A stretch of DNA of 64,000 bases, taken from positions 1,054,001 to 1,118,000 of the forward strand of contig JABVCE010000009.1 of NCBI GenBank assembly GCA_014905635.1. Direction: 5' to 3'. Numbering within the stretch: position 1 is the stretch's first letter; each line of letters opens with the position of its first letter. The notes under the pieces were generated by a model. That model was not told the DNA's origin, made no database searches, and worked only from the letters and a program-made list of their open reading frames with translations. Source of the stretch: Scenedesmus sp. PABB004. Its lineage: Eukaryota. Of this stretch, positions 1 through 11,921 are shown piece after piece. Made by a program: the position numbers and the translations under genes.

Positions 1-87
1 CATCGCGCCCGAGATGTCATGGGCGAAGTCCACCTCCACGCCGCTGTAGCGGGCGTCCCCAAAGTCGGTGCGCTTGCCCAGCGGCAT
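1..87 (-). CDS. Partial coding exon running off the window start, unknown product
   Basis: Minus frame MPLGKRTDFGDARYSGVEVDFAHDISGAM from an ATG at 87 with coding-like codon usage; too short to identify. Confidence 0.4.
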   Translation of the reverse strand, partial: MPLGKRTDFGDARYSGVEVDFAHDISGAM

Positions 88-566
88 GGCGGCCTGCTGC
101 CGCGGCACGCGGCCGGTGCGCAGCGCCTGCGCGAGCGCGCGGCGGCCGGCGTCGGCTGCGGCGGCCGTGCCGCGGCGCAGCCGGGCAGGCACGGCCGCGG
201 CGGCGCCTGCGCTGGGAGCGGCGGCCGGCGCTGTCACTGATAGCGAGGCGGCCGACCACCGCCGCAGCAGCTCACCCCCGAAGTGCCGGCGGTGGCGCCG
301 TCTGCTGCTGCGCTGCGCTGATGCCGCGGCGAGCCCGGCAGCGCGTGGGCGCGAAGACCGAGGGATTGAGAGCTCGGGCCGTCGACGGGCGGCCAGGGCG
401 TGAGGGTGGCGCAGGGCTTTGCGGCGGCGGCGTCGCTGATGTGCCCCGGCTCCGCCGCCGCCGCCGGCCACACCCCTCCACGCCTGCCGCGACGTCACGC
501 TCACGCCGTGAGCTGTCAGAGCCGCCAGCTCCTCGGCAGCACCAGCAGCAGGGGCGGCGGGCGAAA

Positions 567-1316
567 ATGCTGCGCCAGCCAGCAGCGCGCCTGCTCGCGC
601 GCTGCCTCAGCCTGCAGCCCATCAGCAGCGGCGCGCCGGCGGCAGCGGGCCAGGTCGTGGCAGCAGCGGCAGCAGCGGCTGCCGCGACGCAGGCGCAGGC
701 AGCGGCCGCGCCAGCGCGGGCGCAGCAGCAGCAGCGCCGAGCGCTGTCGAGCAGCAGCGATTGGCAGGCCGAGGTGCTGGCGCGGGTGGCGGCGCCTGGC
801 GGCCCGCCAGCGCGCTAGGTGACCCGCGCGCGCCGATGCCTGCGCCGCTCATCGCCGCGCTCCGCCCGCCCCCGCCCGCCCGCTGCGCGCTGCGCTGCTG
901 CTCTGCCGCCGCTGCTCTGCCGCCGCCGCCCGCCCTGCCGCCAGGTGGACCTCATCAACGAGAAGTTTGCCGAGGCGCGGGAGGAGATTGAGATGGCGCG
1001 CGACGACGCCGAGACTGTCTACTTCAACGAGAGCGCAGGCGCGGCCTGGCCGGCGACGCCCTGCGCCGCTGGCGGGGCCGGCTCACCCACGCCGCACAGC
1101 CGGCGGCCACAGAATCATCGCGCGCCGCACCACAATCACCGCGCGCGCCGCACCGCAGAGCTGGCGCGTAACGTCGTGGGCGAGGTGCTCGAGCGCTGGG
1201 GCGGCCTGCTCGCGTCCCTGCCGGACGAGGAGGCGGCGAAGCTGCAGCGCAGTATGGGGCTCAAGATCGAGCAGCTCAAGGCCGAGCTCAAGGAGCTGGA
1301 CGAGCTGCACGCGTGA
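567..1316 (+). CDS. Embryogenesis-like small coiled-coil protein with probable mitochondrial presequence (3 exons)
   Basis: N-terminus MLRQPAARLLARCLSL...; exons VDLINEKFAEAREEIEMARDDAETVYFNESA and ELARNVV...LQRSMGLKIEQLKAELKELDELHA resemble plant embryogenesis-like proteins as I recall them; introns ~786-943 and 1039-1158 (GC-AG). Confidence 0.75.
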
Positions 1317-1596
1317 CGCGTCGGCGTCGGCGTCGGCGGCGCGACCGCGGCGCGGGTTCAGGGCTGGTGGTGATCGGTGCAGCGCGTGCGGCGCAGCCGT
1401 CGCCCTGGAAAGCAGCTGTGTGTATCGCAATCAGCTCTCCGCATCCCGCACGCTCTCTATTGCTCCGCAGCGACAGCCGCGCGCCGGCGACATCTGCTGC
1501 GCCGCCGCTGCTGCCGCCACCGCACGCGCGCCGCGAACCAGCGCGCGGCTTTGCGCAGATGTTCATACAATAGCCGTGCGTTTCTCGGACCTCGCC

Positions 1597-3907
1597 ATGG
1601 CCCTCGAGAAGGGCCATTCGGGGCAGCAGCAGTGGCCCGCGCCCCGGGGCGCGCCCTCCTGGACGGCGCTGCTGCTCCTGGTGTCGCTGGTGGCGGCCGT
1701 GGTGGTCACGGTCAGCGTGGGCGCGCACGTCATGCGGCCGCGCGACTGCGCCGGCGCCGGCGGCGCGCTCAGCGGCGCGGGCAGCAGCAGCGCGGCGCTC
1801 GGGCGCCGCGCGGGCGTGGCGCTGCAGCTGCAGCAGCGCGGCGCCGCCGCCGCCAACGACACGGGCTACGTGGGGCTCAAGGAGCACCCCGCGTGCGCCT
1901 TCTTCCGCTCCGGCAACGTGCACGTCGGCGACGAGCACCACTGGTGCGTGGGCGGGCCCCCGCGCGCCCCAGCGCGGGCGCGCGGGCGCGGGCGTGGCGC
2001 TGCGGCCCCGCGCCCCGCGCCGCGACCGCCGCCGTTGGCAGCGCCAGGCCGCGCGCCGGCGCGCCGCCGCGGCCGCCGCTCACCCGCCGCCGCCGCGGCC
2101 GCGCAGGGGCCCGTACGACCTGTGCGACATGGACGTCCCGGGGCGGTGGCTCGCGCGGGCGCGCGCCAACTGCTACTCCTGCATGGAGCCGGGCCTCAAC
2201 GTCTGCGCGCACCCGCCGACGATGCTGTACCATCAGTACCTCGAGCGCCTGCACCCGACCGAGTGGGCGGCCAACCTGCTGTCGATACGCGCGTTCCTGA
2301 TGACGCAGGACCTGCGCGTGTCGCGCATGCTGCTGTGGGTGCCCGACCCCGCCGCGGTGTACGACAACCGCACGGCCGCGTTCTTCGACGCGTGGTCCGA
2401 CTACGTCACGCTGCAGCGCTTTGACTACGACGCCGAGGTCGCGGGCACGCTCTGGGACGGCGACGCGTTCTTCGGCAACGGCACCAAGGCGCGTGGTGGC
2501 GGGGCATGGCGGGCGTGTGGGGTGTGTGGGGTGTGGGAGCTGTGGCGTGTGAGCGTGGAGAGGGTGTGTGGATGTGTGCGTGGGGCGGGCGGCGCGGCGC
2601 GCGCCGCGAGGCCAGCCGCGCCCGCCTGCGCGCTCCCAAAGGCCCGCCGCCCCACACGTCTGCGGCCGCGCGCCGCGCGGGCGTGGTCGCGCCGCCCCGC
2701 GCGCAGGTGAAGGAGCACATGCCGCACGCGGGCAGCTATAGCGACGTCGTGCGCATCCTGCTGCTGCACAAGTACGGCGGCTTCTGGATGGACAACGACG
2801 CGGTGCTTTATAATGACGTCAGCCACCTCCTGCTCACGGGGTACCAGTTCGTCATGCGGTGAGGGGGGTGGTGAGGGGGGAGGGAGGAGGAGAGAAAGAG
2901 GAGGGAGGGGCAGAGGGGCGAGCGGGGGGCGGCGCCGGCGTCGCGGCCGGCGGCCGCACGGGCGCGGCCCGCCTCCCTCTCTCTCTCTCCCTCCCTCTCT
3001 CTCTCTCTCCCTCCCTCCCTCTCTCTCACTCTCTCTCTCCCTCTCTCTCTCTCCCTCTCTCTCTCTCTCCCTCTCTCTCTCTCCCTCTCCCTCGCTCACA
3101 CACGTGCACGCACGCGCACCCACCCCTCAACCACCCCCACCCGCCGCCCTGCCAAGGTGGATGAACCTCCACATCATGCGCTACGCCGCGGGCAGCGCGC
3201 TCAGCGTGCGCGCGATGGAGCTCGCGCGCAGCATGCCGATCGACCACCCGCGGTTTAAAGAAGAGATCATCGAGAAGCGCTGCAAGCCGCACGGCTACTA
3301 CCAGCTCGTGCCCGCGAGCTACGGCTTCACCGACGTCTTCAACGGCTGCCTCCACCGCCTGCTGCTCCGCTTCAACAACACCGGCCCCCCGGGCGCGGTG
3401 CTCTACGACCTGCCGCTCGGCTGGTGGGACCACGACTGGAAGGGCTGCTTCAAAAGCCGCGAGGCGATCAACGACACGCACTGGTTTGACGTCGCGTCGT
3501 CGTACCTCGCCATGCACAACCGCTACCCGGGAGACCTAAACCTCGGCCCCGCCGACCCGCCGAGCCCGCTGCGGCGCGTGATCAAAATCATCACCGACTT
3601 TGCCGCGCGCTGCGACCGCCCCGCGTGTGTGCCGCTCGGCGGCACGCCGCTCGTCGCGTACGACGGCATCAACGACACCCCGCCCGCGCGCACGCGCCGC
3701 GCCCGCCGCACCCGCGCGCTCGCCGGCGCGGCCGGCCGCGGCGGCGGCGGCGATGTGGACGGCGGCGGCGGGGACGGGGAGGACGGCGGGGACGGGGTGG
3801 ACGGCGGCGGGGCGCGCGGGGCCGCGCCGGGGCGGCGGCGGCGGCAGGCCGAGGTCGCGGCCGCGGCAGCGCGCGTGAGGCGGCGGCTGGCAGAGGCGGG
3901 CGTGTGA
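1597..3907 (+). CDS. Glycosyltransferase family 32-like (DxD sugar-binding) type II membrane protein
   Basis: N-terminal TM segment (LLLLVSLVAAVVVTVSVG); SDVVRILLLHKYGGFWMDND is the GT32 signature; introns near 1944-2106, 2489-2706, 2858-3156. Confidence 0.85.
2975..3092. repeat. (CT)n/CCCT microsatellite in intron
   Basis: Direct reading. Confidence 0.9.
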
Positions 3908-4331
3908 GCGCGGGCGCGGGCGGGGGTGGGGCAAACCGACAAACTCTGGCAGGGCGGGGACGAGCGCGTGCGAGCGAGCCGTGCGAGCGGGCCGGCGACG
4001 GCGCTGGGGTCTGGGGTCGACGCGCGCACGCGAGCGAGAGCGGTTTCAGTCGGCGTCGTGCGCCGCCGCGCAATAATGCGTGCGCCGGTCAATGCTCAGC
4101 AGAGTTGTGTCTAGAGAGCCCGGGCCGCCTGCAGCAGAACATCCCCACTCGCGAGCCCGCTCCGGTCCCCCCAGCGGCGCCCCGCCGCGGCGCCGTCCCC
4201 CGCCCGCCGCCGCAGGCGAGCTCAGCCACGCTGCAGCTGCCCCCCCCCCCCCCTCCTGCACCCCTCCTGCGCGGCCGCCCCCTCTGCGCGGGCCTCACAC
4301 CGGCCCGGGCGTGCCCCACGGCGCCGCCGCC

Positions 4332-6569
4332 TCACACCGGCTTGGTCGGCCCGCGCACGCGCACGACGAGCTTCTCGCCCTCGCGCCGCGTGAGCCGCGC
4401 CTCGGCGGCGAGGCGCTCGTTCACGCCGATGAGGTCGTTGAATTCACCAAACGCGGTCAGGCTGCCCAGCGACTCCCGCGTGCTGCCCGCGCTCGCCAGC
4501 GTGCCGTACGTCGTCTGCAGCGCCCTGCGCGGCGCGGCGCGGCGCGGCGCGGGGGGCGTTGAGAAGGGGAGCGAGAGAGAGAGAGGGAGGGAGAGGGGGA
4601 GAGAGAGCCGCCGCCGCCGCCGCCGCCGCCGCCCCCCCCCCCCCCCCCCCCCCCCAACACCGCCGCGGCGCACTTGGTCGCCGCGTAGATGCCTGAGAGC
4701 GGGTAGGTGATGATGTGGAACCCCAGGTCGGCCGCCTCGGCGGGCGTGAGCAGCGGCGTCATGCCGCCCTCGAGGTTGCTCAGCAGCCGCAGGCCCTTCA
4801 CCTGCGCGGCGGCGGCGGCCGCGCGGCGGCGGCGCGTGACGGCGCCGCTGCCGCTCGTCGCGCACGGCGCTGGCCGCGCGTGCGCCCTGCCCGCGCACTG
4901 CGCGCTGCCCGCTGCGGCTCGGCCCGCGCCCCTCCCCGCGGCCGCGGCCGCCGCGCCTTCTGGCCGATGATGGCCAGCTCCTGCTTGCTGATGGGCGCCT
5001 CCACGTACAGCGCGTCCGCGCCCGCGTCGGCGTAGAGGTTGGCGCGCGTGATCGCGTCCTGCCGCGGGCATGCGCAGCGGCGGCGGCGGCGGCGGCGGTG
5101 CGAGCGGCAGCGGCGGCGGCGGCGCGCGCTCGGCCCCTCTCGGCCGCCGCGGCACGGCGCGGGCGCGCCGGCGGTCGGCGCGGCGCTGCTGCGGCCCTCC
5201 CGACGGCTGGCCCCCGCCACCGCCGCGCCCAGGCACCCACACGCCCCAGCGTCACAGCGCCCGCCGCGCACCTCCAGGCCGTACTTGGCGTTGACGCCGC
5301 GCGCGTCGGTGCGCGCGACGAGGAAAAAGTCGGCGTCTCCGATCGCCTCGCGCGCCGCCGACACCTGGCGCCACGGGCGGCGAACGCGCCGCGGCGGTGG
5401 GCGCGCGGCGCCGCCGGCTGGCGGCGGGCCGGCTGCGCCCCGGGACGCGTGCCGCGCCGCGCCGCGCCGCGCGCGTGTGCCGTGCGAGCGCTCCGTGTGA
5501 GCGCCGTGTGTCTCCCGCCGCCGCCGCACCTTGCCCGCAAACTCCTCCATGCTGATGACCTCCTTGTTGCGCATGTGGCCCGCCTTCTTGGGCCAGACCT
5601 GGCCAGACGCGGGAGGGACGCGCGTGGGCAGGCGGGCGGGCGGTGGCTCGGGGGCTCGAGGGCGGGCGCGGCGGCGGGCCAGGCCCGAGTGCACGCACGC
5701 GGGGGGCGCGGCGCGGCCGCCTGGCTGAGCCCCGGCCTCAGCCCAGCGCCCCCGCGCAGCACGGCGCCCCAGCACGCCGCGCGCCCGCCCACCTGGTCCT
5801 CCAGGAAGCAGCCCTTGGCCCCGACGCTGATGAGCTGCCGCACGGTGCGCTGCACGTTGAGCACGTTGCCGCCCCCTGCGCGGGCAGGGAGAGAGGAGGC
5901 GGCCGGCGCGGCGGTCGCGCGCGCTGCCGCCCGCTGCCGCCAGCTGCCGGCCCAACCCGTGCGCATCGCCGCCGCGCCCGCGCAGTGCTGCTGCTGCCGG
6001 CGGCGCACCCGTGTCGGCGTCGACGAGCACGGGCACGCCCGGCACCGCGGTCACGATCTGCCCCGCCTTGCGTGCCATCTCGGGCGGCGTCAGCAGGCCC
6101 AGGTCGGGCTCGCCCAGCAGCGTGGCCGACACCTGCGGGCCGCGGCAGCGGGCGGCGGTCGGCCGCGGCAGAGGCGGGCCGCCGGCCGCTGCTGCTGCCG
6201 GCCGGCGCCGGCGCCGCCGCTGCGCACCGCGTATCCGCTGACGAACGCCGCCTTGTGGCCCGCGCCCGCCAGGACCTTGGCCGAGAGCGCGTCGTAGCAG
6301 CCTGCGCCGCGCGCGCGTCAGCGGCGGCAGCAGCGCGCTGCGCTGGCAGCGGCGGCGGCGCCCGCGCGGCGCGCACCCGGGACCATGAGGATGCCGGCCT
6401 CCTCGATGAGGCGGTGGATGGTGGTGCGGCCGGTCGCTGTGGCCTGGCCGTTGCCGCCCCCCGCGCCCGCGCGCACGGCAAGGCGCGTCTGCTGCATCCG
6501 CGGGCGCGTAACGCCAGCGCGGCCCGCAACGCCCGCGCGGCCCGACCCGGAAGCTCCCGACAGCGCCAT
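4332..6569 (-). CDS. Isocitrate lyase/PEP mutase superfamily enzyme (2-methylisocitrate lyase / carboxyPEP mutase-like), probably plastid-targeted
   Basis: Spliced motifs PG-CYDALSAK, FVSGY, GEPDLGLLT, VLVDADTGGG, FLEDQ-WPKKAGH, LVARTDAR, ADALYVEAP; many short introns. Confidence 0.9.
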
Positions 6570-6941
6570 CGTGACGACGCGAGCGTCACTGGGTCAGTGC
6601 GGGCCTCAGGGCTGGTCGAGAGGCAGCACGGCTCGCGCCGCGGCGCTGCGCGACCACCGATGCGCAGGGGCGAGACTGAGCGACGGCAGTGTTCGGAGCG
6701 CCGGCAGGCGGGGGAAGGCGCCCGAGCGTCAGGCCTCCTCGTGTTGGCCAGGCCCTGCGCGGCCCAGCGCGCTCGATCGAGGTCCTTCGCTGGACGCCCC
6801 AGCGCCTCCAGCCGTCCGTGAACGCCGCGGCACCGCCTGCCTGCTCAACCGCTGCTGCCGCTGCCGCTGCCGCTGCTGCCGCCGCTGCGCGCGCGCACGC
6901 GCCTCCCCAACCCCGGGCAGCTTCGTGCCGCCGGCGGCGCC

Positions 6942-7908
6942 ATGACGACGGCCAAGGTGCGAGCTCGCCGCGGCGACAACGTGGCGCGCAGAGAGAGATC
7001 TCCCGCCGCGCGCCCGCCGCTGTCGACGCTGTCGACGCCGCCCCGCGCCGCGCCGCAGGTCCAGATCAGCGTCAGCCTCCTAGAAAAGCTCGCCGGCATA
7101 CGCAAGGAGCCGGCCCGCGGGCCGCACGCGGGACAGCATCGGGCGCCGCCGGGGTGCGGCGGCAGCGCCGCCGCAGCAGCAGCCTGCCGCCGCCGCGCCG
7201 CTTGCCCCCCCTCCCCCACCCCCCATGCCGCCGCCGCCCGGGGACCGCGCCCACCCGTGCCGCCGCTGCCGCCTCCGCCGCCGCGCGGCCCGCGCAGGCT
7301 GCAGCAGCTCGCGTTCGGGCCGCCGCTGCTGGGCCACCCGCCGCACCACCACGGCGGCGGCGGGCCGGGCGGCGGCGGCGCCGCCGACGGCAGCGCGCTG
7401 CGCGCGTCGCTGGCGCAGAGCCAGCGCGTGGGCGCGCTGCTGCTCAAGGCGGAGGCCGAGGAGCTGGCGGCGGTGCAGGCGCGCGCGCAGGAGCTGGTCA
7501 ACGCCTACAGGTACGGCGCGCGCGCGGGCTCGGACGAGCAGCGCCGCCGCCGCCGCCGCCGCCGCCGCTGCCGCCGCCGCGCCGCCGCCGATCGCCCCCC
7601 CCCCCCCCCCCCCCCCCGCCCGCCCTGGACGCCCCGCGGCGCAGCACGACGACGCAGCCGGCGCTGTCGTGCGGCGCGGAGCGGCAGGCCGTGCTGGATT
7701 GCTACGCCCAGCAGCCGGGGGTGCGCGCCGCCGCGCCCGCGCCCGCGCCGCCCGCCCGCGCCGGCCCCGCGCCCGCGCGCCGAGCTGCGCCGAGCCGCGC
7801 CGCGCACGCACCGCCGCGCCGCCGCCGCAGGGCGCGCTGCAGTGCGCGGCGCTGGTCGACGCGTACGCGGCGTGCGCGCGCGGCGCGGCCGGGCGGCTCA
7901 TGAGCTGA
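6942..7908 (+). CDS. Twin CX9C (CHCH) protein, Mic19/CHCHD3-like
   Basis: MTTAK|VQISVSLLEKL N-terminus, coiled coil, C-terminal CGAERQAVLDC and CAALVDAYAAC (two CX9C motifs). Confidence 0.7.
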
Positions 7909-8175
7909 CGGCGGCACTGCGCGGCCGGGCGGCGGCTTGTGGTGCGCGGTGGTTGGTTGCAACCACCTGACCCGCCAGCGACGGGCCCGCGCCCGCCCTC
8001 TCCTCCCGCAGTCGACAACGGCAACAGCAGCAGCACCCCACATCTCCCGTTTCTGCAGCCCGCACCACAGCCCCCGGCCTCACGACCAACCGCAGCCCCA
8101 GCCGCCGCACGCGCGCTCGCGCGTGTCGGGGCGCGTCGCAGCGCCCCAGCGCGGCCCCGCACGTGCCCCCTACCA

Positions 8176-8310
<135 letters not shown>

Positions 8311-8316
8311 GCCCCC

Positions 8317-9058
8317 TCACGCATAGTCCTCCTCCGTCTCTGGCTGCGCGTCGGGCGGCGGCGCCTCCCACGTGCCGGGCACGCTCTCCGCGCCGCCCGC
8401 GCGCGCCGCGTCGGCCTTGGCCTCCGCGTCGGCCGCGCACGCCGCCGCCGCGCCCGTCTGCGCCAGCAGCGCGCCAAACTGGCCCGCGTCGGTCGCGGCG
8501 GCGATGTAGGCAAAGCCCGGGTTGTCCCGCGCCGCCGCCTGCGGGCACCGCGGGCGCGCGGGCGCGCGGGCGGGAGTGAGGCGGGCGGGAGTGAGGCGGG
8601 CGGGAGTCGGGAGCGCGGCCAGCCCGGCCGCCGGCCGCCTGCCGCGCCCCGCCCGCGCGCGCCGCACCGCCAGGTCGGCGCCCTGCTCCGCGAGCAGCGC
8701 GCTGAGCAGCTCCGCGTAGCGCGCCTGCCCGTCGTCGGCCGGCCTGCGCGGCAGCGCGGGCGGCGCGCTCGGCGCTGCGCGCCGCTCGGCGCTGCGGGGC
8801 GCACCCGCCGCTGCCAGTGCCAGCTGCGCGGCGGGAGACGCCGCGTGACTCCCGCGGCCACGCACGTGCCGTCGGCGACCAGCGTCACGAGCAGCTCGTT
8901 GAGCTTGGCCATGGCCTCCGGCGGCAGCACCACCTGCGGCGGCACGCAGGCACGCGGCGGCGCGTGCTCGGCGCGGCGTCGCGCGCGCAGCAGCGCTCGC
9001 CGGCGCTCGAGCTCGCGCGCCGGACCTTGGTGGTGAAGTCGTCGAAGAAGTCGCCCAT
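8317..9058 (-). CDS. Small hypothetical protein (4 exons)
   Basis: MGDFFDDFTTK|VVLPPEAMAKLNELLVTLVADG|..RYAELLSALL..|..PETEEDYA* with GT..CAG introns. Confidence 0.65.
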
Positions 9059-9532
9059 GGTGCACGCGCCGCGCGCTCGCGGCGCCGCTGCTGTTGCCGC
9101 CGCCGCCGCACCCGCCGCCGCCGCCGCGCCGGCCGCTGGTGCCTCCCGCCGGTGACTTCTGCGTGCTCGCTCCTCGCCGCGGCGGGCGGGGGCGACGAGG
9201 CTCTGGCGCGTGGCAGCAGCAGCAGCAGCAGCAGCAGCGGGGCAGCAGCAGCACCAACGCACGGCTGCTTGGCTCGCGTCGTCTGGAGCGCGTGCGACGA
9301 GGGAGGAGCAGGCGCGCGTTTGGTGGCCCGACCGCCCGGCTGCCGCTCCAGCCACCGCTCCCAGCTTCACGGCGCCGGCCGGCTCACACAGACACGCCGG
9401 CCTCCCACGTCGCGCATCCACGCCACCTCGCCGCGCACTGGGCCGCGCAGCGCACCCGCAGGCCGGTCTGCCAATCACGGGCATGCGGAGCCAGGCCGGC
9501 CACAGGATTGGCTGGGCGGGCTGATCGACGGC

Positions 9533-11883
9533 ATGGCGCCGGCGCTGGCGCGCTGGCGTGGCGCGCAGGCGCCGGCGCGGCCGGGCGGTGGCCCGCCGAG
9601 CGCCCGCCAGGCGCGCGGCGCGGCGCCCAGGCCGCCGCGGCAAGGCCGGGCGCACGCCTGCCTCGCGCAGGTGCGGCCGCGCCCGGCCGCGCGCGCGCTG
9701 CGCGCCCCCTGCGCGGCCGCGCCCGCAGCTCTGTGTGGCCACAGCAGCGCGCCGCCGCCGCCGCCGGGGGGGGCCGCCGCCGCCCACGCGCCGCCCTCCA
9801 CGCCCCGCAGGCCACCCATGCCGCGCCTGGTGGGGCGCAGCAGGCGCCGCCGGACGGCGCGCAGCAGCCGGAGGGCGCCGGCAGCGCCGCGGGCCCAGCG
9901 GCGCCGGGCGGCGGCGGAGGCGACGGGCCGCCGGGCATGGTCGCGCTGATGGAGGCGTGGGGCCAGCTCGCGACGCGCCTGCAGGCCCCCGCCGGCCGCC
10001 CGGGAGCTGCCGGCGGCGGCGGCGCGCGCGGCGCGGCGGGCAGCGACGACGACGACGACGACGCTGTGTCTCAGCTCATCCTGTCGGCGCTCAAGCTCGC
10101 GGTGCGCAGCCTCTCGCGCGTGCCCGGCGGCGCCGCGGCGCCGCGGTCGCGGCCCGCGGTGCAGCGCTCGCTCGCGCTCGCGGCGGCGCTCGCCGAGCTC
10201 TACGCCGCGGGGCTGCCGCTCGACGCGGCGTCGATCGCCGCCGGCATCGTCGCCGACGCGGTCGACGCGGGCGCGCTCCACGCCCGCACCGTCGCGGCCA
10301 AGCTCGGCGCCGAGGTCGCGGGGCTCGTGCACGACGTGCTGTCGGTGCGCCACGCGCCCGAGCGCGCAGAGACGCTCGACGACGCGAGCAGCAGGTGCGT
10401 GCGGGGGCGGGCGCGCGCGCGGGCACCTCACCTCTGGCGGCCGCCGACCCCGCCCGCGGCGCCCGCGGGGCCTCACCGCCGCCGCGTCGCCGCCGCCGCC
10501 GCCGTCTCTGCGCGCGCCGCAGCGCGCTGCGCGGCTGGCTCCTCACGGCCTACGACGTGCGCGCGTGCGCGATCGAAGTCGTGTGGCGCTGGCTCGCGCT
10601 CGCTACGCCGCCGGGCGACGCCGCGGCGCAGCAGCTGCTCGCGCTCGAGGCCCTGACCGTGTACAGCCCGCTGGGGCACGCGCTGGGCCTGGGCGTGTGC
10701 GCGACCGCGCTCGAGGACGCCGCCTTCAAGGCACGCGCCGCGGCGGGGCGGCTCGTGGGGCGCGGGCGCGCGGGGCGCGGGCGGCGGGGCACAGGGCGGC
10801 GGGGCACAGGGCGGCTGGGCGTGGCGGCGGCGGCGGCGGCACGCGCTCACCCGCCGCTCCGCGCGGCTGTGCCCGCCGCCCGCGCCGCGCCGCGCCGCAG
10901 GTGCTGTTCCCCAGCTCCTACGCGAGCACCGCGCGCCAAGTGCTGCCGCTGTCAGGCGCTGCGGCGTCGCTGCTGTCGCGCTGCGAGGCCGCGCTGCGCG
11001 ACGCCGCGGCGCGCGACGGCGCCTTCGTGGCGCTCTCGGGCGGCCTGCAGCTGCTGAGCCGCACCAAGAGCCTCTACAGCATCATGCGCAAGCTCCTGCG
11101 CCTGCAGGACCCCGCCGCCGGCAGCCGGCGGCTGGGGCAGATGTTTGACCTGCTCGGAATGCGCGCGGTCGTGCTGCCGCGCCCCGACCTGCCGCCGGAG
11201 GCGGCGGAGCAGGCGGCGGTCGCGGCGTGTTACCGGCTGCAGGTGAGCGCACGCGGCGCGGCGCTGCGTGCCGTGCGGGCGGGCGCGCGCCACGTGCGCC
11301 TGGGCGCCCGCCGGCGCCGCGGCGCCGCGGCGCCGACGCCCCCGCCGCGCCCGCGCCGCGCAGGAGCTCGCGCACGAGCGCTGGCCGGCGGCGGCCGGGC
11401 GCAGCAAGGACTACATCGCGTCGCCCAAGCCCAACGGCTACCAGAGCCTGCACTCCACGCTCTGCCTGCAGCAGCAGCCAGGCGACGGCGGCGGCTTCGG
11501 CAGCAGCAGCAGCAGCAGCAGCAGCGGGAGCAGCAGCAGCAGCGGGAACGGCGGCGGCGGCGGCGGCGGCAGCCCGGTGCTGTCGTACCTGGAGCTGCAG
11601 GTGCGCACCGCGGCGATGCACGCAGCCGCCGAGGGCGGCGACGCGGCGCACGCAGGCTACAAGGGCCGCCTGGAGCGGCGGCAGGTGCGCCACCTGCAGG
11701 CCTGGACCACGCAGCTGCAGCGGCGGCTCGCGGCGCCGCAGCAGCAGCTGCTGCTGTCGCTGCCACACGCCGTGGCCGACGGCGACGGCGCCAGCCCGCC
11801 GGCGCTGCAGCCGAGCTTTGCCGTCTTTGCGACCAGCAGCAGCGACAGCGACGCCGAGGGCGGCGACGGCGGGCCGCTGTCGC

Positions 11884-11921
<38 letters not shown>
